In this document: piece by piece, positions 19,256 to 34,057 of the stretch
Layout of the letters: each line of letters opens with the position of its first letter
Position numbering within the stretch: the stretch's first letter is position 1
Source: an uncultured Chloroflexia bacterium
GTDB lineage: Bacteria > Chloroflexota > Limnocylindria > Limnocylindrales > CSP1-4
Direction of reading: 5' to 3'
Assembly: GCA_963744115.1 (NCBI GenBank)
Contig: CAVUSI010000002.1
Coordinates: 473,209 to 537,208, forward strand
Length of the DNA stretch: 64,000 bases
Program-made: the position numbers and the translations under genes
Notes under the pieces: generated by a model
Databases searched by the model: none
Seen by the model: the letters and a program-made list of their open reading frames with translations, nothing else
What the model was told of the DNA's origin: nothing

Positions 19256-19843
19256 TCAGTCGGCGAGGGCCCGGGCCAGGTTCCGGAGGAGGTTGAGGCC
19301 CTCGTCGACATCCTCGGTCGGGGCGTACGGTCCGGGCATCAGGAAGCACGGTCGGCCGCCCATCGCGACGCCGTCGAGCTGACCCCACGCCTCGGTCAGG
19401 GCTCGACCCGCCGAGGCCGTCGCGGCCCGCTTGTAGATGAACACGACGGCACCCGGCCGCCACAGGGCGATCTTCTGCCACAGCGCGCCGACCCCGCGGG
19501 TCAGCTCCTCGTCCGACGCCGTGTCGCGCGGCGTGGGCCGCTTGAGCAGGTCGGTGATCCCGTGACCGGCCGCGACGAGCGCGTCGTCGGCCGCCTCGAC
19601 CGGGGTGTCGGCCGGGACGATCCCGACCCGCCCGAGGCGCGACCAGAATCGCCGGCCGAGGCTGCCCTGGTGGTAGTGGCCCGCGGTGACGCTGACCGGT
19701 GACGGGTTGAGCCCGACGAACAGCAGGCCGCCGCGCTCGGGCGGCAGGTCCGCCAGCGTCTCGACCGCCCGTCCGTCGATCGTCAGGGTGGTCCGATGCG
19801 GACCGGGACCCGGGCGGAAGAGGAGCTCGTCGAGGGTCGTCAT
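19256..19843 (-). CDS. mug: Mismatch-specific uracil/thymine DNA glycosylase (MUG/TDG)
   Basis: LLFVGLNPSPVS...GHYHQGSLGRRFW and GITDLLKRPT. Confidence 0.88.
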   Translation of the reverse strand: MTTLDELLFRPGPGPHRTTLTIDGRAVETLADLPPERGGLLFVGLNPSPVSVTAGHYHQGSLGRRFWSRLGRVGIVPADTPVEAADDALVAAGHGITDLLKRPTPRDTASDEELTRGVGALWQKIALWRPGAVVFIYKRAATASAGRALTEAWGQLDGVAMGGRPCFLMPGPYAPTEDVDEGLNLLRNLARALAD

Positions 19844-20095
19844 CGGGCGGCGAGCATAGCGCACGGCGCCGCGACGGCGACGGTCAGCGGTCGCTCGGAC
19901 CGGGGCGATCGCCCAGCACGCGCTCGACCCGCTGGAGGCGATGGCTGCGCTCGAGGTGGCTCGGCCCGTCGAGCGATCGGGGGGCCAGGATCGACGCGAC
20001 ACGCGCCAGGCGGAGGGCGCGGACATGGCCCGGGATGGCCGGACCGGCCGCCGGACGGACCCGGATGCGGTTCTTCGGGGTCATCGTCGCCCGCC

Positions 20096-20848
20096 TCAGT
20101 CGAGCACGACGAAGTTGACGTTGGTCGACAGCCCGGGGGCCTTGTTGAGGTAGACGGTCACCTTCCCGGCGGATGCGACGGCCGCCCGGACGTAGACGCC
20201 CGTTCGCGCCGTCGCAAGGACCGCAAAGACCAGGCTCGCGGAGGTCACGCCAGTGACCGCCTTCGATGCCGACGTCTTGGTCTTGTAGACAGAGATCCTG
20301 CCGCTCATCGTGAAGTGGGCGGAGCCGTCGACCACCAGGGCCCGGGCCGGCGCGATGCCCTGGGCGTAGACGCCGGCGGCCCCGGCCGAGGCGCCGAGGA
20401 CGCCGTAGTCGCCGGTCCCGACGACGCCGGTGCCCTGGATCGAATCGCCCCACACGCCCGCGGCGTTGAGCGCCGACGTGTCCGAATAGCCGTACACGCC
20501 GGTCTCGGCGGTCGTCAGCTCGGAGGTGGTCAGGTCCCAGGCGTTGGTCGCGTCCCCGACCGCGACCCACGCGCCGGTCCCGGCCCCGTTGGTCGGATCG
20601 GCGGTGATCCTGGCGCCGTACCCGGCGTCGGTGTTGGCGACGGCCAGGGTCGCGTCGGTGGCGAGCCCGGCGCTGATCGTCGTCCGGGCCGTCGCGGCAT
20701 TCGACACGTTGAGCAGCGCCGGGACGTCGACGGCGCGGACACCCGGGGCGGTCGCCAGCGCCTGGACGCCGATCGCGGCCGCGCCTCCGAGCGCCGCGGT
20801 CAGGATCGCCCGGCGGGAGGTGACGCGGTCGGTCGAGTCGATGGCCAT
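20096..20848 (-). CDS. Putative Tat-exported protein with GVxG repeats
   Basis: SRRAIL twin-arginine motif, hydrophobic helix and VRA cleavage site; repeats GVYG, GVWG, GVVG, GVLG, GVYA; AGGAGG RBS. Confidence 0.8.
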   Translation of the reverse strand: MAIDSTDRVTSRRAILTAALGGAAAIGVQALATAPGVRAVDVPALLNVSNAATARTTISAGLATDATLAVANTDAGYGARITADPTNGAGTGAWVAVGDATNAWDLTTSELTTAETGVYGYSDTSALNAAGVWGDSIQGTGVVGTGDYGVLGASAGAAGVYAQGIAPARALVVDGSAHFTMSGRISVYKTKTSASKAVTGVTSASLVFAVLATARTGVYVRAAVASAGKVTVYLNKAPGLSTNVNFVVLD

Positions 20849-20984
20849 GGGGGTCGGTCCTCCTGGTCCGCCGGGGGACCGTGTCGACGATCCTCGCCTG
20901 GGACGCGCGAAGGATAGTCGGCGGGCCCGGGGCGCTCTCGTCCGAGGAGGGCCGTTCGGTGCGGGCAGGCACCGAACGAAAGGG

Positions 20985-21176
20985 TCAGGCGGGGGGAGCC
21001 GGTGGGGTCTGGCCGCCGCTCGTCGTGTCGTGGTCCTTCTGGATGTCGGACACTTCCTTGCGGGCCTCCTTGACGCCTCGGCCGAGCATGTTCCCGATGA
21101 GCGGGATGGTCTTCGGGCCGCGCCAGATGACGACGACGATCAGGAGGATGACGAGGAGCACGAGCAAGTCGGGCAT
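20985..21176 (-). CDS. tatA: TatA/E translocase subunit
   Basis: TM helix followed by GPKTIPLIGNMLGRGVKEARKE amphipathic helix; TACCAT 6 nt upstream. Confidence 0.85.
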   Translation of the reverse strand: MPDLLVLLVILLIVVVIWRGPKTIPLIGNMLGRGVKEARKEVSDIQKDHDTTSGGQTPPAPPA

Positions 21177-21272
21177 GGCCCGATGGTACAGCCTCAGCCG
21201 GCGGGACGGACGGAGGGTCGCCGGGCGATCGGGTTGGTGTAGACGCGTTCCATGCCGGGTATCGTGCCACGC

Positions 21273-23052
21273 ATGGTCGGCCCCGCTGCCTCAGACGGCC
21301 CGCTGCTCGTGTTCGGGCCCCGATCCGCGACGTACGACTTCGGGCCCCATCACCCGCTCACCCCACGTCGGTTCGGTCCCGGCATCGACCTGCTCCGGGC
21401 CGTCGGGGCCGAACCGGGTCTCGCCCCCGAGCCGGCGACCGACGACGAGCTGCTCGCCGTCCACACCGAGGCGTACCTGGCGGCGGTCCGCCGGTTCAGC
21501 GCGGACCCCGGCCTCCCGCCGGCATTCGGGATCGCGCCGCTGGGCGATGTCCCGCCGTTCCGTGGCATGCACGCCGCCGCGGCCGCGGTCGCCGGCGGCT
21601 CGCTCGCGGCCATGGCGGCGATCCTCCGGGGCGAGGTCGAGCACGCCTACCACCCGGGCGGCGGTCTCCATCACGCCATGCCGGCGCGCGCGTCCGGCTT
21701 CTGCGTCTACGACGACCCGGCCCTGGCCATCTCAGCGGCCCGTCGGGCCGGCCTCCGCGTCCTGTATGTCGACCTCGACGTTCACCACGGCGACGGGGTC
21801 GAGGCGATCCACCGCGACGACCCGGGCGTCATGACCGTCTCCTTCCATGAATCGGGGCGCTACCTCTTCCCGGGGACCGGGTCCGCCGACGAGGCGGGTG
21901 ACGGGATCGCGGCCGGGACCGTCGTCAACATGCCGTTCGAGCCGCTCAGCGGGGACGGTGCCTGGCTGGCGGCGGTCCGGGCCCTTGTCCCGACCCTGGC
22001 CGGGGCATTCGGCCCCGACCTGATCGTCAGCCAGCACGGAGCGGACAGCCACGCCTGGGACCCCCTCGCGCACCTCCGGGTCACGACCACGGCGATGGGC
22101 GAGGCGGCGCGCCTGGTCGACGCCGTGGCCCACCGGTTCGCGGCCGGGCGCTGGCTGGCCACGGGCGGTGGCGGATACGAGGTCTATCGGGTGGTGCCGC
22201 GCGCCTGGGCGCTGACCTGGCTGGCGGGCGCTCACCGCGCGGTGCCCGACACCGTCCCCGAGCCGTGGCGCGAACGATGGGCGGGCGAGGCCGCTCGCTG
22301 GGACGTGGGATCGCTGCCGGACCGGTTCGAGGACCCGTCGAACGGCGGCTTCGGACGGGGACAGAGCCAGGCGGCCGCCGAAGCCGAGTCGCTCGCCACC
22401 CTCCAGCAGGTGCGCGACCTCGTCCTCCCGAGGCTGCTGACGGTTGCCGAGGACCGGGGCTGGTCCGAGACGACGACCGTCGGAACCGAGCCGGGCGGCG
22501 CCGCGGCCGACGACCGTTGGGATCCTGCCGGGCGCCCGATCGGCACGCCGGTCATCCGACGCCTCGATGCGACGTTGCTCGACGGCCTTCGGCTGGCGGC
22601 GCGGACGATCGCCCCGAGCGATCCCCACGACGCCATGGGCATCCTCGTCCGGGCGGTCCGCGCCGGCTCGCATCTCGTCGGTGCGGTCGACGGGGATCAT
22701 CTGGTCGGCGTCGCTCTCACGGCCTCCACCCAGCCCGGCCTCGGGTCAGGCCCCGCCGGGCGTCCGCGCCGACCCGGCCGGAGGACGAGCTGATCGCCCT
22801 CGGCGTCGCTCCCGGCCTGGCGGCGGCGAGGTCTCGCCGCGGCGCTGGTCGCGGCGTCGATCGAGGACGCCCGAGCCCGGAGCGTCGGCCTCCTCGCCAG
22901 GATCGGAACGGGGGAGCGCGACGTGATCGAACCGCTGCCGATCGTCGACCCGCCACGAGATCGCCGATCGCCTGCTGACGGGGGCAGGGTTCGAGCGGAT
23001 CCCTGGACCGCCGGGCGACAGTCCCGCGCGGGTCGTGGCCTACCGGACGTAG
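21273..23052 (+). CDS. acuC: AcuC/HDAC-family deacetylase with a C-terminal GNAT-like domain (frameshifted)
   Basis: GGGLHHA, GFCVYDD, DLDVHHGDG, GADSHAWDP, GGGGY. The tail continues through shifted frames as DELIALGVAP-AWRRRGLAAAL...GFERIP to TAG at 23050-52. Confidence 0.82.
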
Positions 23053-23107
23053 AAGAAGCGGCGAGCCCCAGCTCGCCGCTTCGTTCGGTCGGGATCGATC
23101 GTCGGCG

Positions 23108-23320
23108 TCAGCCGGCGAGGACCGCGGATGCGGTGGCGATGATCGCCGCCGCCGCGCTTCCGAGTGCCACCAGGAGGCGATTCCCGCCGCCCCACTTCGG
23201 ATCCGGCGTCGAGTGGATCCGGGCCTCGTGGGCCTGCTTGGCGAGCCGGCTCCGGTCCGCCTCGCGCATCAGATCGGCCTGATGGTGACGAGTGAACTCC
23301 TGGCTGAAGTAGGTGTTCAT
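23108..23320 (-). CDS. Small hypothetical protein (70 aa)
   Basis: MNTYFSQEFTRHHQADLMREADRSRLAKQA with a hydrophobic C-terminus; GAGGGG RBS; high GC3. Confidence 0.7.
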   Translation of the reverse strand: MNTYFSQEFTRHHQADLMREADRSRLAKQAHEARIHSTPDPKWGGGNRLLVALGSAAAAIIATASAVLAG

Positions 23321-23661
23321 GTCATCCCCTCGGTTCGTTCGTGGGTGCTGCCGCATCCGTTGCCTGAATGCTCCACCCGGGAGGCCCGTCCGGACGACCG
23401 CCCGGCCGACCCGTCACCGGTCAACCCGAGCCACCGCTGGGAGTCGCACCAGGCCTACCCCGGCTGTCACCCGTGCGACACGGCCCGTGCTCTCGGTGAC
23501 CTTCGAGAGGGTCAAGGTGCCGACCAATGGCACCCCCAAGGCGGGCCTCATGGCCCGTCATCACGCTTGCGGCCCGTCGCTATGGTGATGACGGTTTCGG
23601 AGCGCCGGAGTCGCCAGGATGAACAGGGCGGCTCGAACGGGCGCCCAGGGAGGGTCAGGAA

Positions 23662-24273
23662 ATGCAGATCACAGCACCTTGGCACCGCAGGGGCGTCGCG
23701 CTCCTGCGGATCGTCGTCGGCGTCATCTTCCTATGGGCCGGCCTGGATAAGCTCCTGGGGAGCGGGCCCGCCGGCTTTTCGGCAGCCGGGTACCTCGGTC
23801 ATGCGACCGGTGGCAGCCTTGGCTGGCCCTTCGTGGCAGCGCCGGCCGCGGACGCGGCGGTCGTCATCTACAACCCGACCCACGACCTGTGGGTCAGCCT
23901 GTCGAAGAACACCACGGCCCTGGCGATCATCAATCCGATGGTCGTGTACGGGGAGCTCGGGATCGGCATCTCACTGATCCTCGGCCTCCTGACCCGCTTC
24001 GGCGCGATCATGGGCGCCCTGATGATGGCGCTGTTCTTCGTCGCCGGCTGGTCGTTCACCAACGGCATCGTCGAAGAGCACCTGACCTACATGGTCGTGC
24101 TGTTGGCGATCGCCGGCCTCGGCGCGGGCAAGTACTACGGCCTCGACCAGTGGGCCGCGAGCACGGAGTTCGGCCAGAACCACGACTTCTTCCGCAAGTG
24201 GTTCCTGTCGGGTGACCCGTTGGAGCCGGCCGGCGCGGCCAATGCGGCCAGCGCGACCAGCGCTACTGCCTGA
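23662..24273 (+). CDS. DoxX/DoxD-family membrane protein
   Basis: LLRIVVGVIFLWAGLDK, GELGIGISLILGLLTRFG, GAGKYYGLD. Confidence 0.9.
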   Translation: MQITAPWHRRGVALLRIVVGVIFLWAGLDKLLGSGPAGFSAAGYLGHATGGSLGWPFVAAPAADAAVVIYNPTHDLWVSLSKNTTALAIINPMVVYGELGIGISLILGLLTRFGAIMGALMMALFFVAGWSFTNGIVEEHLTYMVVLLAIAGLGAGKYYGLDQWAASTEFGQNHDFFRKWFLSGDPLEPAGAANAASATSATA

Positions 24274-24295
24274 CGACCCTCCAGCCTTCGTTCGG

Positions 24296-24326
24296 AACGG
24301 CGGGCTCTCGACGGCCCGCCGTTTCG
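24296..24326 (+). terminator. Hairpin terminator after doxX
   Basis: AACGGCGGGC-8 nt-GCCCGCCGTT, a 10-bp stem with only a short U tract. Confidence 0.65.
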
Positions 24327-24410
24327 ATTCGCGACGCTGTCGGCGGGATTCGCTCATCTGTTCGAAAGTGAGCAGCGAGGAACGTCCGGCGGGCCTATAC
24401 TCGGCGTCCC

Positions 24411-29180
<4,770 letters not shown>

Positions 29181-29195
29181 GCCGGGCTCGACCGG

Positions 29196-30050
29196 ATGCC
29201 CGAGGGCGACACCCTCCATCGAACGGCGGACGGCCTCCGGCCGTATCTCGTCGGTCGCCCGGTCGTGTCGGTCCGGGCGAACGGGCCAGGCCCGATCCCG
29301 CAGGTCGGCCGGCTCGTCGGCTCGACCGTGGTCGACGTCGAGGCTGTCGGCAAGAACCTGCTGATCCGGTTCGACAACGGGCTCGAGCTGCGGACCCATC
29401 TGCGGATGAACGGGTCGTGGCACCGCTACCGCCCCGGCGAACCGTGGCGCCGGGCAGCGGTCCGGGCGAGGCTCGTGCTGGAGGTGCCCGGAGCCGTCGC
29501 GGTCTGCTTCGACGCGCCGGTCGTCGAGCTCCTCGAGACCCGCGCTGAGGGCCTCCACCCGGCGCTCGCGTCGCTCGGTCCCGACCTGCTCCACCCGTCC
29601 GCCGACGTTGCCGGCGACGACGTCGAGATCCTGCGGCGCCTCCGCCTGCCCGCCTGCGCCGACCGCGCGATCGCCGAGGCGCTCCTCGACCAGCGGACGA
29701 TGGCCGGCGTGGGCAACGTCTACAAGTGCGAGATCCTGTTCATCGAGCGGGTGGATCCATGGGCCCGCGTCGGCGACCTCGACGAGGCCGTCCTGCGGCG
29801 ACTGGTCGCGACGGCTCGTCGGCTGCTCGTCGCGAACGCGGACCGGACCGGCGCCTCGAGGCCATCGTCCCGCCGTTCCGAGCGCGTCACCACCCAGGGC
29901 GACCCGGCAGCGGCCGGCCAGCCGCTGTGGGTCTACCGACGAGCCGGCCGGCCGTGCCGACGCTGCGGAACGATCGTCCGGCGGCGCTCGCAGGGAGCCG
30001 ACCTGCCGCGACTCACCTTCTGGTGCCCGCGCTGCCAGGCGACCGGCTGA
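29196..30050 (+). CDS. nei: Fpg/Nei-family DNA glycosylase/AP lyase
   Basis: N-terminal MPEGD, HLRMNGSW, LLDQRTMAGVGNVY (H2TH), CRRC...CPRC zinc finger. Confidence 0.95.
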   Translation: MPEGDTLHRTADGLRPYLVGRPVVSVRANGPGPIPQVGRLVGSTVVDVEAVGKNLLIRFDNGLELRTHLRMNGSWHRYRPGEPWRRAAVRARLVLEVPGAVAVCFDAPVVELLETRAEGLHPALASLGPDLLHPSADVAGDDVEILRRLRLPACADRAIAEALLDQRTMAGVGNVYKCEILFIERVDPWARVGDLDEAVLRRLVATARRLLVANADRTGASRPSSRRSERVTTQGDPAAAGQPLWVYRRAGRPCRRCGTIVRRRSQGADLPRLTFWCPRCQATG

Positions 30051-30083
30051 CGGCGCTCGGCCGGCGAGATCCCGGCGCCGTCG

Positions 30084-30779
30084 TCAGGTCGCGTCGAGCG
30101 CGACGGTCGAGCGGAGCTTGACCAGCCGACGATCCTCCGCGGCCGGGGCCACGTACCGGAAGACCGACCGATCGAGGGAGTAGATCCCGGTCGAGGCCAG
30201 CCTGATCCGTCCGAGCCGGAACGTGAAGACGGGGTTCTCGCCGTTGCCGGCGTAGTGGTACGGCGTCCCGTCGGCGGCCAGCACGGCCATGTTGGCCTGT
30301 CCGGCGAAGGTGTCGTGGAGCGCGCCGAGGAGGTGGGCGACCGGCTCGTCGGCCGTCCAGGCGTCCTCGAGCCAGCGTGCCCCGACCTCCGTGTCGGCTC
30401 GGCCGTGGATGCGGCCTTCCTTGCGGTAGCGGATCCGCCAGGATCGGTAGTCGCGCAGGTCGCCGTTGTGGCTGAAGGCATACCGTCCGGCCGGGTCGAT
30501 GAATGGTTGCGTGTCGCCCATCCCGAGCGTCGACAGCCGGGACGGCCGCCGGAGATGCACGAGCAGGCTGGTCGTCTCCGTCCGGCCCAGGGCGTCGCGA
30601 CCCGGGTCGTCGCGGAAGGCACGCAGGTCCCGGTACTCGCCGATCGTGCCGCCCGGCGTCAGCCAGGCCGCTCCCCAACCGAACCCGGCCACCCCGTACC
30701 GCTCGAGCCGCTCGCTGAACGTCCACAGCTCGTCGAGCCGGAACGGCTCCGCCGCACGCGCCACGAACTGCTCGCACAT
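30084..30779 (-). CDS. Class II glutamine amidotransferase (Ntn, N-terminal Cys)
   Basis: Begins MCEQF; GFGWG, VHLRR, TQPF, FSHNG, DTE; TACCAT 7 nt upstream. Confidence 0.85.
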   Translation of the reverse strand: MCEQFVARAAEPFRLDELWTFSERLERYGVAGFGWGAAWLTPGGTIGEYRDLRAFRDDPGRDALGRTETTSLLVHLRRPSRLSTLGMGDTQPFIDPAGRYAFSHNGDLRDYRSWRIRYRKEGRIHGRADTEVGARWLEDAWTADEPVAHLLGALHDTFAGQANMAVLAADGTPYHYAGNGENPVFTFRLGRIRLASTGIYSLDRSVFRYVAPAAEDRRLVKLRSTVALDAT

Positions 30780-30935
30780 CGGCGGGATGGTACCGCAGAC
30801 ACGCTCGGTCACCCGCCGCGAACGTGCCCGAGACCGGGTCTCGTCACGTCCGGATCGCGACGACGTCGTGACATCGACGGCGTAGGCTGATGGCGAGTCC
30901 AGGGACCCAGTGCCGCCGGCGATCGGGAGGGCGGG

Positions 30936-32354
30936 ATGCACGGACCCAGCGGTGGGACGACCGGAGGGGGCGCGGCGGGCGCCGAAGCAGGCGGACGTCC
31001 GACCGAAGCGCTCAGCTTCCGCGAGCTGTTCGATCTCAACGCCTATTGGCTGGCGATCAACATCCTGTGGGGGGCGATCGGGATCAGCCTCCTCCCGCTG
31101 CTCATGGTCGATCTCGTCTGCCGCGGCGACAAGGCATGCCCGGATCCGTCTGCCATCCTGCCCGGGGTGACCGTCGGCAAGGGTGCGGCCGAGGCGATCA
31201 TCATCAACCTGGGCGTGGTCATCGCGATCCTCGTCCAGCCGACGGTGGCCGCGATCAGCGACCACACGAGCAGCCGGCTCGGCCGACGCAAGCCGTTCAT
31301 CATCGTCGGGACCCTGCTCGACATGGTCTTCCTCCTCGGCCTGTATCTCGCGGGCGCCTGGATCGGGATCCTCCTCTTCTACTGCCTTCTCCAGTTCAGC
31401 TCGAACTTCGCCCAGGGCCCGTTCCAGGGCTATATGCCCGATCTCGTCCCGGCCAAGCAGGTCGGGCTGGCCAGCGGGTTGATGGGCCTGATGATCCTGG
31501 TCGGCATCGGCGGCGGGGCGATGCTGGTCGCCGTCGCGAACGCGCTCGGCAACCCGCGCTTCGTCATCTTCGCGATCATGGCCGTCGAGCTCACGACGAT
31601 GCTGCTGACCGTCTTCCGGGTCCGCGAGGGGCGACAGGGCATCCCGCGGGAGGGGAAGTCGTGGCTCCAGGTCGGGCTCGGTGCGTGGGGCACCGACATC
31701 CTGCGCGAGCGGAGCTTCGTCTGGCTCCTGGGCTCACGGCTGTTCTTCCTGATGACCGGGGCGACCCTCACGGCGATCGCCTTCTTCTACATGGCCGACT
31801 CGTTCGGGATGGCGACGCAGACCGCGCTCGACTACACCTTCGTCGCCGGCGCCCTGATCGTCGCGTTCGGTGCCATCGCGACGGTCCCGTCGGGTCGGCT
31901 GTCGGGCCGGATCGGCCGGAAGCGGATGATCTACATCTCGGCGATCATCGGCTCGGTCGGGATGGCCTGCCTGGTCCTCTCGCCGTCGTCGATCGTCGCA
32001 CTCGGCTTCGCCGTGCCGGTGGGCGTGGCATCCGGGATCTTCCTGGCCGTCGACTGGGCGCTGATGACCGACATCATCCCGAAGGCCGAGTCCGGGCGAT
32101 ACATGGGCATCAGCAACGTCGTGACGGGATCGTCCGGGGCGATCGCCGCGGCCATCGCGCTCGTCCTCGTCGACGTCGGGAACCACGCCTTCGGGGTGGG
32201 TGCCGGACCGCGGCTCGCGTTCGGCGTCGCGTGTTCGTACTACCTGATCGGGTCCCTCCTGCTGACGCAGGTCGACGAGCGCCGTCGTGAGGACGTGCCG
32301 TCGGCCGTGTCGGCCGAGCCCGTGCCCGTCGCCGCCGCCGGCTCGACCAGCTGA
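30936..32354 (+). CDS. MFS transporter (GPH/SLC45-like)
   Basis: QPTVAAISDHTSSRLGRRKPF, SGRLSGRIGRK, DWALMTDIIP. Confidence 0.9.
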   Translation: MHGPSGGTTGGGAAGAEAGGRPTEALSFRELFDLNAYWLAINILWGAIGISLLPLLMVDLVCRGDKACPDPSAILPGVTVGKGAAEAIIINLGVVIAILVQPTVAAISDHTSSRLGRRKPFIIVGTLLDMVFLLGLYLAGAWIGILLFYCLLQFSSNFAQGPFQGYMPDLVPAKQVGLASGLMGLMILVGIGGGAMLVAVANALGNPRFVIFAIMAVELTTMLLTVFRVREGRQGIPREGKSWLQVGLGAWGTDILRERSFVWLLGSRLFFLMTGATLTAIAFFYMADSFGMATQTALDYTFVAGALIVAFGAIATVPSGRLSGRIGRKRMIYISAIIGSVGMACLVLSPSSIVALGFAVPVGVASGIFLAVDWALMTDIIPKAESGRYMGISNVVTGSSGAIAAAIALVLVDVGNHAFGVGAGPRLAFGVACSYYLIGSLLLTQVDERRREDVPSAVSAEPVPVAAAGSTS

Positions 32355-32416
32355 GCCGCGACCGGCCGAACGAGAGCCGCTCGACCGGCCGAAGAACGAG
32401 CCGCTCGAGCGGCCGA
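32353..32416. repeat. Three imperfect ~20-bp tandem copies between convergent genes
   Basis: GAGCCGC(TC)GA(C/G)CGGCCGA at 32353, 32374 and 32398. Confidence 0.5.
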
Positions 32417-32426
32417 TGGCTCCGAC

Positions 32427-33377
32427 TCAGGGCTCGAGGCCGACGAACCTCCGGAACCGGCGCCGCGGCTCGGGGGCCCGGCGCAGGTCGGCGACGAGGC
32501 CACGATAGGTCGCCGGCCGGAGCCAGCGGATCGGGTCGTCCGATAGCCAGACATAGGGGACCGCGCCCCACAGCAGGACCAGATAGTCGAGGCGGATCGG
32601 CCGCTCGCCGAACCCGAAGATCGCCTGGAGCTGGACGATCGTCAACGGCAGCATCAGCAGGCTGAGACCGGCGAAGACACACAGCCAGGCGAGGCCCCAT
32701 CCACGGGCCCGCGGGGCGAGGACGAGCCAGAATGGCGCCGGCACCCACTTCATCCAGGTCGCCATGCCCCACAGGAAGCCCCCCGACGCGGGCCCGACGA
32801 AGCGGGTCGCCCACAGCGCGAAGGTCAGCACGAGCGTGATATTGCCGGTGTCGAGGTTCGCGCCGATCGGGAACGCCAGCATGAGGATGACCACGGCGGT
32901 CGCGAGCGGCCGCTGGCGATAGGCCCAGTGGATCGTCCAGAACAGGGCGAGGATCGCGCCGCCCCGCCAGATGAACCACGCGACGTCCCACGGGAGGAGC
33001 GCCCACGGGGCGAACAGCGGCAACATCCACGGCGCATAGACGTACGGCAGGAACGGGCCGGTCGGCGCGTACGGGTTGCCGCCGTTCAGCCAGATCCGCA
33101 CGCCCGCCCAGTACGCCCGGGCGTCGGCGCCGGCCAGCTCGCCGCGCGATACGAGGCCGGCGCCGATGACCCCGGCGACCACGATGAGGATCGCCATCGC
33201 CGCGATCCGGCGCGGGTCGCGGAGCCTCGATGCCTCGCGTCGGAGCGCGCGCTGGAAGACGCCGGCGCGGCGCCTGGTCGGACGCGGGATGCGATCCGCC
33301 GGGAACCCGGCGGACGCTCGTCGCGGCGCGCCCGGGACGCCTCGACCGGGTCGCGCGGCGTCGGACGGTTCGGTCAT
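32427..33377 (-). CDS. GT87/DUF2029-like membrane glycosyltransferase
   Basis: ADARAYWAG...GGNPY...PYVYAPW, LDTGNI, MKWVPA; multiple TM segments. Confidence 0.8.
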   Translation of the reverse strand: MTEPSDAARPGRGVPGAPRRASAGFPADRIPRPTRRRAGVFQRALRREASRLRDPRRIAAMAILIVVAGVIGAGLVSRGELAGADARAYWAGVRIWLNGGNPYAPTGPFLPYVYAPWMLPLFAPWALLPWDVAWFIWRGGAILALFWTIHWAYRQRPLATAVVILMLAFPIGANLDTGNITLVLTFALWATRFVGPASGGFLWGMATWMKWVPAPFWLVLAPRARGWGLAWLCVFAGLSLLMLPLTIVQLQAIFGFGERPIRLDYLVLLWGAVPYVWLSDDPIRWLRPATYRGLVADLRRAPEPRRRFRRFVGLEP

Positions 33378-33684
33378 CGTCGGCGATTGTCGCACGAGGC
33401 CGGGAGGGCCCCAGCCCGGTTCGAAGCCGTCCGGATGCGCACGCGCGATGTGGACGGAGATGTGGACGGCGTCGGGACGGGTCGGCGATCTCGTCCGCCG
33501 GGCCGCGCATTCTGTGGACAAAGGTCCTTCCGGGTCGGCACCGGCTGGGCGATGATGGACAGACCGGATGGGAGGCATGGGATCCGAAACGATCCCGCAG
33601 CGCGACGACCCCGAAACGGTCGCCAGATCGCCGCGCTGGCCAGGGCGAGACCGGCCCCTCCTGGCACCCCTGGGTGCGCACGCG

Positions 33685-33981
33685 ATGACCCTCCGCGAGT
33701 ACGGACTCCTGACGCAGGCCACCGACTGGCTGACCTTCACCCTGGCCATCTGGGCGGTGCCCGGGCTGATCCAGGTCGAGGTCGGACCGATCGGCAGCGT
33801 CCTCCAGGTCGGCGGCATCCTCGGGAGCCTCGCCTGGAAGTGCGCCGGCCTGGCGATCGCCTACGGGCTCCTGTCGTACGCCAAGCCGTGGGGCCAGTTC
33901 ATCGGGCTGACGGCGGTCGTCGCCCTCGGCATCCTCGGCACCGTCGGCAACCTGTGGGCGCTATCGCAGGTGATGCGCTGA
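33685..33981 (+). CDS. Small membrane protein (98 aa)
   Basis: QATDWLTF...EVGPI...WK pattern with about 3 TM segments; high GC3. Start could be further upstream (33568). Confidence 0.7.
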   Translation: MTLREYGLLTQATDWLTFTLAIWAVPGLIQVEVGPIGSVLQVGGILGSLAWKCAGLAIAYGLLSYAKPWGQFIGLTAVVALGILGTVGNLWALSQVMR

Positions 33982-34057
33982 ACCGAGGGCGCGGCTCCTC
34001 CCACGTGTCGGCTCCTGTATCCTCGGGCGCAACGTTCGGGAGGCAGGCGCACCAGCA

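Noticed and set aside
19884-20084. Possible 66-aa basic ORF (MTPKNRIRVR...) on the minus strand
   Set aside because: No RBS or -10 box, weak codon bias and no motif.
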